DNA from: Spirochaetia bacterium
Lineage (GTDB): Bacteria; Spirochaetota; Spirochaetia; DSM-27196; Salinispiraceae
Direction of reading: 5' to 3'
Length of the DNA stretch: 32,000 bases
Assembly: GCA_038204425.1 (NCBI GenBank)
Contig: JBBRCZ010000012.1
Location: 12,607-44,606, forward strand
Part shown: piece by piece, positions 25,346 to 32,000 of the stretch
How the letters are laid out: each line of letters starts with the position of its first letter
Numbering within the stretch: the stretch's first letter is position 1
Program-made: the position numbers and the translations under genes
The notes under the pieces: model-generated
The model's database searches: none
What the model saw: the letters and a program-made list of their open reading frames with translations, nothing else
Told to the model about the DNA's origin: nothing

Positions 25346-26851
25346 TTACTTGGCAAAAAATTGCCGCCACTCAGCTGGTATTATTTCTGTTGGATAAATG
25401 TAGGCTAGATGCGAAGCTTTGTCGCTCATTACCAGTGTTGGCAGACCGACAAGTTTATAGTCTCCATCTAAGGCTGCACCACCGGAATTTCCGGAACTTA
25501 TCTGTGCGTCAGTTTTTACTAAAGTCCCAAAGCCTCTATTCTCAAAGCCGGAGACAATACCCTTGGTTAGCGTAATGGTAGAACGACTACCCAATCCACC
25601 CAGACTTGGGTAGCCAATAAACGTCAATCCTTCGCCCATTCTCAAGCGACTGGAACCAGCAAGCTCGAGGTAGGGAAAACGGTAGCCCGCTGGCAATGTT
25701 TGGCCGTAAAATCCACTCTTAATTTGCAGCAATGCCAGATCGCGCTGCTTATCACTGCGAATAACCTCTGCCAAAAACTGGCTATCTGGAGCAATACGGT
25801 GGTCTGTACTAAATCCAATGGCGAGTTCTTTCTCTATTTGGCCGTCATTTCCTTGCACCACGTGGTAGTTGGTAAGTAAGTAGCCATAGGGGCTTATCAT
25901 TACGCCGGTTCCTCCGCCGCTATCGGTCAAGATTTCAACAGTTGCAATAAGGGCCTTTTCTAAGCCCCAATCGATTGCAGCGGGTATGCTCTTGTCTTGA
26001 ATCTGTGGCAAAGCACGCAGTTCTTGAGGAACATCGAGCGTGCTTGACAACAAAAGCTTGAATGAAGCATCTACTTCGTCCATTTTTGCCAAGACGACCA
26101 AGTATAGCTTGGTGTTCTGCCCTGTTTTGCTGTTGAGAGCTTTAAGCCGCGCAGAATCAAAATTGACAAGCAAAACTTCGCGACTACGATATGACCTTGC
26201 CGAAAAAGGCGCAAGGAAAGGATCAGCTTTGGGGTTATCAACAAACAAAAATAGGTCGAGATCTATGTCTGCTTCAAAAGCGTCTATTCGTACTTGCCTT
26301 ACACTAGCGGGAACATCTATCTGATAGGTTTTCATCATGAGGTGGTCAGGACTTAGTTGATCTGAAATTCTTCTTCCAAAAGGCAGACTGGTAGCTGCGT
26401 CGACCCTGATCTCCTCAAAGTTTAGGGCAAAGTCTATGCTGTTGAGTGATATACCATCTCGATAGGCCGGGTTGTCGAGTAGATAGGCCACTTTGATAGT
26501 GTAGGTGCCATCGACCAGAGTTGGACTGCCTGAGCGATAGAGAAAAAGACTTTCGTTAAACTCGCTACTTTCACTGCGTGAGAACTCGTCTTCGTTCTGT
26601 TTGTAAACTATCAAATCGAGGTCGGCGATTGCACCTTGCAGCTTAAAGCGAATACCGTAGGTTTCACTCGACACTTTTACGCGGTATTGAATACTATTAG
26701 AGTCTTGGTCCAGTCTAATGCTAGCCATTCGCAATTGGCCACTGACAAGGAAGGGAGCGTTGACGTCTTTTGATTTGGCAGCAAGGTTTGTTGGAGTCAA
26801 ACAAACCAAAGACAGAAAAAGCATGGCGATTGCCTTAAACACACTATTCAT
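25346..26851 (-). CDS. secreted trypsin-like (S1) serine peptidase with two N-terminal PPC-like beta-sandwich domains
   Basis: Triad context: GYLLTNYHVV (His), RDLALLQI (Asp), TDAQISSGNSGGAALD (Ser). Two PPC-like modules carry the DLDL signature (IADLDLIVYK; ADIDLDLFLFV). ATG 26851 (MNSVFKAIAMLFLSLV...) is preferred over TTG 26869; neither has a clear SD. Confidence 0.8.
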   Translation of the reverse strand: MNSVFKAIAMLFLSLVCLTPTNLAAKSKDVNAPFLVSGQLRMASIRLDQDSNSIQYRVKVSSETYGIRFKLQGAIADLDLIVYKQNEDEFSRSESSEFNESLFLYRSGSPTLVDGTYTIKVAYLLDNPAYRDGISLNSIDFALNFEEIRVDAATSLPFGRRISDQLSPDHLMMKTYQIDVPASVRQVRIDAFEADIDLDLFLFVDNPKADPFLAPFSARSYRSREVLLVNFDSARLKALNSKTGQNTKLYLVVLAKMDEVDASFKLLLSSTLDVPQELRALPQIQDKSIPAAIDWGLEKALIATVEILTDSGGGTGVMISPYGYLLTNYHVVQGNDGQIEKELAIGFSTDHRIAPDSQFLAEVIRSDKQRDLALLQIKSGFYGQTLPAGYRFPYLELAGSSRLRMGEGLTFIGYPSLGGLGSRSTITLTKGIVSGFENRGFGTLVKTDAQISSGNSGGAALDGDYKLVGLPTLVMSDKASHLAYIYPTEIIPAEWRQFFAK

Positions 26852-26921
26852 ACATTTATTGTATAACAAAGTCTCTGCTTGAGACAGATAGTTTATCCTA
26901 GATCATTAGAGGGGAGCTTGC

Positions 26922-27374
26922 ATGAGTACTGAAAGAACACTGTGTATACTTAAGCCTGGCGTGATGGAACGCAGATTGCTTGGCGAAATAATAAGCAGAA
27001 TTGAAAGAAAGGGCTTTGTAATTCGTGCCCTCAAAATGGATTACCCAAGTAGCGATCAGTGGAAATCTCATTATGCGGAACATATCGACCGAGACTTCTA
27101 CCCGGCTCTACTTGAGTTTATGAGCTCCGGGCCCGTGACACTGTTGGTATTGGAAGGCACTGACAGCGTCAAACATTTGCGCCACCTTAGTGGCAGCACC
27201 GACCCGACTCAGGCCCAACCTGGCACCATTCGCGGTGACTATGCTTGTCTCACACGGAAGAACGTGATACATGCTTCGGATTCTCCTGCCAATGCAGAGA
27301 GAGAAATTGCGATCTTTTTTGCAGAAAAGGAAGTGGGCAAGCAAGTCGATGTTATGTCACGCTACGTACAATAA
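26922..27374 (+). CDS. ndk: nucleoside diphosphate kinase
   Basis: ERTLCILKPGVMERRLLGEIISRIERKGF, MSSGPVTLLVLEG, GTIRGDYA, and active-site NVIHASDS. SD AGAGGGGAG upstream. Confidence 0.9.
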   Translation: MSTERTLCILKPGVMERRLLGEIISRIERKGFVIRALKMDYPSSDQWKSHYAEHIDRDFYPALLEFMSSGPVTLLVLEGTDSVKHLRHLSGSTDPTQAQPGTIRGDYACLTRKNVIHASDSPANAEREIAIFFAEKEVGKQVDVMSRYVQ

Positions 27375-29229
27375 GACCAGACTAAATCGAACTCTAGTAG
27401 ATGGAGCTCAAGAAAATCTTGAGCAAGAGCCAAAAACAGACCACGACTTGGCTCAGGCAGGTAGGGCTCAGTTGCCGCGATGGGATTTGCGTGCAATCTA
27501 CAGCTCTTTGGAGGGCAAGGACTGGATCGCCGCAAAAAAGAAGTGTTTGGATTCCATCGCTAGGTTAGAAGCTTGCTTGCACAAGCTTGAGCGAGCCGAG
27601 CACGCACTTGAAGCAGAGCAACTGCTTTTCTTGATCGACTGCGTGAGTAGGCTCAGCAGTCTCTATGCCAACCTGTCGAGTTATGTCTACGCGCACTATT
27701 CGGTCGCAACTGATGATCCGCTATCTTTGAGCGAAACGAACGCCATAGAGAGTTTGGGCCTGCCCTTGCAAGCCCAGTATACGCGCTTTAGGAATCTGTT
27801 AAACCAGCATTCTAGCTTGGTCAAAACGCTTTGTATGCCAGGACAACCGCTGGAACCTTACCGATTTGTCCTTGAGGAGCAAATTTTTTTGGCTAGTCGC
27901 CAGTTGAGTCCCCAAGAAGAAGCCATCGTCTCTGACCTTCAACGGTCGGGGAGTGAAGCATTTTGTAGGTTACAAGAGGCACTTTCGGCAAGTCTTAGCT
28001 GCAAATGGCACGATGGCCGAAAAAAAACCATGGTAGAACTACGCGGCCTTGCCCATGATCCAGATCCCAAGCTAAGAGAATTGGCCTGGCAAAAAGAGAT
28101 CGATTTGTGGCACCAACACCGTATTGCATTTGCTGCCAGTCTTAATGGTTGCAAAGGGACGGCCTTGAGTCTGGACCAACGCCGCGGATGGAAGTCAAAT
28201 TTAGAAAAATCACTTAACCAGTCTCGACTCAGTGAGCGAGCCATGGATTTGCTTATTGCTAACGCAGAGAAACTCTTGCCGAGCTTTAGACGCTATCTTA
28301 AGGCCAAAGCCCGATTTTTGGATAAGCCTCAACTGGCCTTTTATGATCTGTTTGCTCCACTTGATAGCCAGCATAAAACTTGGTCTTTCGCCGAAGCACG
28401 TATTTACATCATAGAACGATTCTCTGAGTTTTCACCCGAGCTTGGCCAGTTTGCAATGCTGGCAATTGACGAAAAGTGGATAGATGCCCAAGCCCGCAGC
28501 GCCAAGGTTGGTGGCGCCTATTGCATTGATTTTCCAGAAACCGGCCAAAGTCGGATAATGGTCAATTTTACGGGTAGCTTTGATTCAGTAATAACCTTGG
28601 CACATGAACTCGGTCACGCTTGGCACAGTCACTTGCTTGCCAAAAGTCCATGGCTATTGCGAGACTATCCAATGACCCTGGCCGAAACAGCAAGTCTATT
28701 CTGTGAAACAATAGTCTTTGATGCGGAATTGGCGCGTGCCAAGGGTCAACAACGACTAGTTTTGTTAGAGATGCGTCTTTCTGACCTTTGCCAAATTATT
28801 GTAGATATCTTGTCGCGCTACTATTTTGAAAAGAAGGTCTTTGAGATACGAGCTGAAAGAGAACTTCAACCCGAGGAGTTTTGCCGACTTATGTTGGATG
28901 CACAGGAACATTGCTACGGCGACGCCCTGACTGAACGTTGGCGCCATGCTTACATGTGGGCGGCCAAAGGTCACTACTACCATGCTGAGCTTAATTTCTA
29001 CAATTATCCATATGCCTTTGGCCAGCTATTTGCCTTGGGGTTGCACGCAGCATACAAAGAACAATCAAATGGCTTTGTAGAACGCTACAAGGCATTGCTT
29101 ATACAAACAGGTAGTCTCGACTGTTCAACTTTGTGTCGACAGGTCGGAATAGACATCGAAAACCAAAGTTTTTGGCAGGGTTCGCTTGACCAGATCAACG
29201 ATCTAATAGATGAATTTGACAAGATCTAG
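27349..29229 (+). CDS. pepF: M3B-family oligoendopeptidase (PepF-like)
   Basis: Zinc motif TLAHELGHAWHS with downstream ETAS. N-terminal LPRWDLRAIYSSLEG is typical of the pepF/M3B family. The start is ambiguous. ATG 27349 overlaps ndk by 26 nt; TTG 27448 is the alternative. The track start at 27271 is unlikely. Confidence 0.8.
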   Translation: MLCHATYNKTRLNRTLVDGAQENLEQEPKTDHDLAQAGRAQLPRWDLRAIYSSLEGKDWIAAKKKCLDSIARLEACLHKLERAEHALEAEQLLFLIDCVSRLSSLYANLSSYVYAHYSVATDDPLSLSETNAIESLGLPLQAQYTRFRNLLNQHSSLVKTLCMPGQPLEPYRFVLEEQIFLASRQLSPQEEAIVSDLQRSGSEAFCRLQEALSASLSCKWHDGRKKTMVELRGLAHDPDPKLRELAWQKEIDLWHQHRIAFAASLNGCKGTALSLDQRRGWKSNLEKSLNQSRLSERAMDLLIANAEKLLPSFRRYLKAKARFLDKPQLAFYDLFAPLDSQHKTWSFAEARIYIIERFSEFSPELGQFAMLAIDEKWIDAQARSAKVGGAYCIDFPETGQSRIMVNFTGSFDSVITLAHELGHAWHSHLLAKSPWLLRDYPMTLAETASLFCETIVFDAELARAKGQQRLVLLEMRLSDLCQIIVDILSRYYFEKKVFEIRAERELQPEEFCRLMLDAQEHCYGDALTERWRHAYMWAAKGHYYHAELNFYNYPYAFGQLFALGLHAAYKEQSNGFVERYKALLIQTGSLDCSTLCRQVGIDIENQSFWQGSLDQINDLIDEFDKI

Positions 29230-29288
29230 AAATCATTGTCAAACAATCGTATTTATACTTAGTTCAACTATAATAAAATGGGGATGAG

Positions 29289-30392
29289 ATGAGAAAAGCA
29301 CGAAAAGTTGGAATTTTGGGTGCCGGTGCTTGGGGTACGGCTGTGGCGAGTGTCTTGAGTAAGGCTGGCAACCAGGTTCAAATCTGGGCCTTTGAAGGCG
29401 ATGTCGTAAACGACATCAACAAAAACCATAGCAATTCTCGCTACTTGCCAGGTGCGGCCTTGTCGCCAAGCCTAGAGGCATCTGGAGACCTCAAGCTTGT
29501 AGCAAATAACAAGGATTTTGTGATTGTCGCCACTCCTTCCTTGTTTACCTTGCCACTTATCAAGACTCTTATCACCATTCCCTCAATTCTAGAAGGAAAC
29601 ACCCATATTGGCGTCTTAACCAAAGGATTTATTCCAACGCCACGTGGCAACAAATTGGTACTGCAGGCGATTGAAGATTATCTACCGGGGATTTATAAAG
29701 ACAATCTGGTTTATATCTCGGGGCCAAGTCACGCAGAAGAGGTAGTGCAAGGCAAGATTACCGCTTTGGTTGCCGCAAGCCGCAATCCACTAAATGCAAT
29801 TAGATTTAAGCACCTGCTTAACGCGGGACCTTTGATGGTGTTTTCCAGCCTTGACACCATCGGCGTTCAAGTTAGTGCCGCAGTCAAAAACGTTATTGCC
29901 ATTGCGTTTGGGATTTTGGACGCACTTAAAGAGCAGAGCAACTTTGTAGGAGACAACACTGAGAGCTTGCTTTTGGCGGCCGGACTTAATGAGATACAAT
30001 CCTTGGCGACTGCACTTGGATCCAGCCATCCTTCAAAGACTCTAACCAGCATCGCGGGCGTCGGAGACTTGGACGTCACCTGTAGGTCCATACACGGCCG
30101 AAATCGACGCTTTGGTCGCGAGATTATACTCAAAAAGGCTCTTGAACCTTTTGCAAACCTCGACGACTTTTTGGTCAATTTCAGCAAGCTTGGCTACCTT
30201 CCAGAAGGTGCAGCAGCTGCAAAGCATGTCCGAGATTTTGTGGATTTTTATGGGTTAAGAATGCCAATCAGTATGGGGGTCTATAGAATTCTTAACAAAG
30301 AAAGTGATCCGCTTGAAGAAGTCAAAAACTTTCTCAGAATACTTGCCGGCAACTACGAACTTGAAATGCCTCTCGATCAAGCATTGATCTAG
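29289..30392 (+). CDS. gpsA: NAD(P)H-dependent glycerol-3-phosphate dehydrogenase
   Basis: Rossmann motif VGILGAGAWGTAVASVL, then TKGF, SGPSHAEEV, KNVIAIAFG and GVGDLDVTC. Confidence 0.9.
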   Translation: MRKARKVGILGAGAWGTAVASVLSKAGNQVQIWAFEGDVVNDINKNHSNSRYLPGAALSPSLEASGDLKLVANNKDFVIVATPSLFTLPLIKTLITIPSILEGNTHIGVLTKGFIPTPRGNKLVLQAIEDYLPGIYKDNLVYISGPSHAEEVVQGKITALVAASRNPLNAIRFKHLLNAGPLMVFSSLDTIGVQVSAAVKNVIAIAFGILDALKEQSNFVGDNTESLLLAAGLNEIQSLATALGSSHPSKTLTSIAGVGDLDVTCRSIHGRNRRFGREIILKKALEPFANLDDFLVNFSKLGYLPEGAAAAKHVRDFVDFYGLRMPISMGVYRILNKESDPLEEVKNFLRILAGNYELEMPLDQALI

Positions 30393-30421
30393 TCACATGA
30401 TAACTTGGTCCAATGAATTCC

Positions 30422-30847
30422 TTAGCGTCCAAAAGAATTGATGTTAACCTGACTAAGTGGCTTACCGTCAAAGGTAACGCTTCGTTGAGAGGCGAGTTCT
30501 GTCAATTTTGAACTTACAAGGCCAAACGAAAAACCGTAGGCGCGAGAAAACATGTACAAGAGTTTAAGTTCTTCGGTTGAGACATCACCGTCGATTACTA
30601 TCATGTTGAGTATATCTTGCATATGACTTAGCCGTTGATCCTGACTTTCAGGGATGAGAATTTTGACAGCGACAGGGCTTTCTACAATCGCTAGCAACTC
30701 TTGGTTATCGATTCCATATTTGTTTCCCACATGTGCAAGAAGATCCACTTCATTTTTGTCAATCAGACCATCTGCAGCAATCACCGACAGCAAATTTACC
30801 ATCAAAGATTTGTTTTCTTTCTTCTGTTGTGATTCAAATACTGCCAC
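30422..30847 (-). CDS. TerB-like (tellurite-resistance TerB / DjlA N-domain fold) small cytoplasmic protein
   Basis: Two helical repeats with the TerB-type pattern: LLSVIAADGLIDKNEVDLLAHVGNKYG and ILNMIVIDGDVSTEELKLLYMFSRAYG. GTG start with AAGGA upstream. Confidence 0.45.
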   Translation of the reverse strand: MAVFESQQKKENKSLMVNLLSVIAADGLIDKNEVDLLAHVGNKYGIDNQELLAIVESPVAVKILIPESQDQRLSHMQDILNMIVIDGDVSTEELKLLYMFSRAYGFSFGLVSSKLTELASQRSVTFDGKPLSQVNINSFGR

Positions 30848-30877
30848 CGTTGATTATCCTTTTTTGCTAGCTTTTGC

Positions 30878-30921
30878 CACCTGTTACAGGTGTTGACAGC
30901 CAAGGCCCTTGGCCTTACCTT
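30878..30921 (+). promoter_or_regulatory. two adjacent 15-bp perfect palindromes bracketing TTGACA; candidate cysE promoter/operator (TTGACA-N17-TACCTT)
   Basis: CACCTGT-T-ACAGGTG (30878-30892), TTGACA (30893-30898), GCCAAGG-C-CCTTGGC (30899-30913), TACCTT (30916-30921). The cysE ATG (30928) lies 7 nt after the -10 hexamer. Confidence 0.35.
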
Positions 30922-30927
30922 GTTGCA

Positions 30928-31878
30928 ATGATAGACCGCATTTCCAAAATAACTCAATCACTATTAGAAAGCTACCACACAATTGGCGGCATAAATCATC
31001 TTTCTGGCCCCAACTTACCTAGTAAGATGGCAATAGCTGCGATTATAGAAGACTTGGAAAGCTTGATCTTCCCTGGCTTTAAGTCCGAAGACGCCTTGGA
31101 ACATGGAAGTCTTGGTTTTACCATAAACGAGAAAGTAAATCGTCTGATTCGTACTCTTAGCACCGAGATTTTACGAAGCCTTTGCTACGAGCGCCGCATC
31201 GCCGGTGACAACACTACCTGCCAACACGTGGAAGGTTCTGTGGCGGGCAAGCTCAATTTGGTTTGCCAAAAAGAAGCAGAAACACTTGCTACAGAACTGG
31301 TAGAAAAATTGCCAATCATAAGAGACCAACTTAAGCTTGATGTCGACGCTGCGTTTGCTGGCGACCCGGCATCCAAGTCGAGAGAAGAAGTAATACTCTC
31401 TTACCCCGGCCTAGAGGCTATAACTATCCACCGTTTTGCCCATCAGATTTGGAACCTCAAGGTCCCTCTCATTCCGCGGCTGATGAGTGAAATTTCCCAT
31501 TCTCGCACAGGCATTGATATTCACCCTGGCGCAAGCATAGGCGATTCATTTTTCATCGACCATGGCACCGGCGTGGTCATTGGTGAGACGAGCATCATTG
31601 GAAACCGCGTCAAGCTCTATCAAGGCGTCACCTTGGGTGCACTTTCTGTTAAAAAAGAAGAAGCCAATCGAAAACGTCACCCAACTCTTGAAGATGAAGT
31701 AACCGTATACGCTGGAGCTACCATTTTGGGCGGTCGAACCACAATTGGCGCAGGATCTATAATTGGCGGCAATGTTTGGGTTACCACTTCACTTCCGGCT
31801 GGAAGTCGTGTATCACTTAAAGATCCAGAACTCAATATTCGCAACCAATTTCAAGAGCTGCAGGAATATTCAATTTAG
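30928..31878 (+). CDS. cysE: serine O-acetyltransferase (long N-terminal-domain type)
   Basis: Left-handed beta-helix hexapeptide core DIHPGASIGDSFFIDHGTGVVIGETSIIGNRVKLYQGVTLG and EDEVTVYAGATILGGRTTIGAGSIIGGNVWV. N-terminal SATase helical domain (INHLSGPNLPSKMAIAAIIEDLESLIFPGF). ATG 30928 is preferred over TTG 30874. Confidence 0.85.
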   Translation: MIDRISKITQSLLESYHTIGGINHLSGPNLPSKMAIAAIIEDLESLIFPGFKSEDALEHGSLGFTINEKVNRLIRTLSTEILRSLCYERRIAGDNTTCQHVEGSVAGKLNLVCQKEAETLATELVEKLPIIRDQLKLDVDAAFAGDPASKSREEVILSYPGLEAITIHRFAHQIWNLKVPLIPRLMSEISHSRTGIDIHPGASIGDSFFIDHGTGVVIGETSIIGNRVKLYQGVTLGALSVKKEEANRKRHPTLEDEVTVYAGATILGGRTTIGAGSIIGGNVWVTTSLPAGSRVSLKDPELNIRNQFQELQEYSI

Positions 31879-31901
31879 GCAGGCCGTAAGATGAGTTTTT
31901 T

Positions 31902-32000
31902 CGAAGCAGGCATGCTGATTTGTTTTGGTCTCTCCTGGCCAATTAGCATTTACAAATCATGGAAGACACGTCGTGTCGGGTCCAAAAGCGTTATTTTTTT
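31902..32000 (+). CDS. small membrane protein, N-terminal fragment (runs off window); PQ-loop/SemiSWEET-like motif possible
   Basis: ATG 31902 opens a frame that stays open to the window end: MSFFEAGMLICFGLSWPISIYKSWKTRRVGSKSVIF. This is a hydrophobic helix followed by a basic loop resembling the P-x-x-x-K-x-x-K-T-x-x-x-x-G-x-S loop of PQ-loop proteins. It is too short for a firm call. Confidence 0.3.

Noticed and set aside
1-32000. Looked for rRNA/tRNA genes, CRISPR repeat-spacer arrays, IS elements, integrases, phage genes and long direct repeats that could flank an island.
   Set aside because: No regularly spaced repeats and no cloverleaf-like sequences appear in the few intergenic gaps longer than 100 bp. 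No ORF has transposase, recombinase or phage motifs. The gene content is a mixed housekeeping backbone.

Overview
This 32 kb window is a gene-dense chromosomal segment, roughly 90% coding. It appears to come from a diderm-type bacterium, judging by lipoprotein boxes, a textbook sigma-54 promoter, an LpxO-like hydroxylase and a chemoreceptor. I call 27 protein-coding genes (two cut by the window edges), one intrinsic terminator, and a few promoter or operator candidates. I found no rRNA, tRNA, CRISPR array, transposase, integrase or other mobile-element signature. Housekeeping genes are amtB-glnK, mutM, a family-B (Pol II-like) polB, cysK, cysE, ndk, a pepF-like M3B oligoendopeptidase, gpsA, a ygiD-like dioxygenase and an AEC transporter. 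Signalling genes are two soluble orphan histidine kinases and a chemoreceptor with a 7TMR-DISM-type input module. One kinase is PAS-type; the other is fused to a LacI/GalR-type ligand-binding domain without an HTH. Exported hydrolases are over-represented: M15, papain-family C1, LysM-M23 and PPC-S1. The most unusual element is a two-gene module on the minus strand (7627 down to 5083). Its first gene encodes a lipoprotein with canonical cystatin signatures (LLGG ... QVVAG). A secreted papain-family peptidase follows 4-16 nt later; it lacks a pro-region and carries three FN3-like domains plus an odd Phe/Asp-rich C-terminal tail. I interpret this as a protease with a dedicated inhibitor. I do not see a convincing larger novel system (defence island, secretion system or biosynthetic cluster). 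The remaining findings concern domain architecture and regulatory DNA. All domain calls rest on by-eye motif recognition from the supplied translations; no database searches or folding calculations were run.
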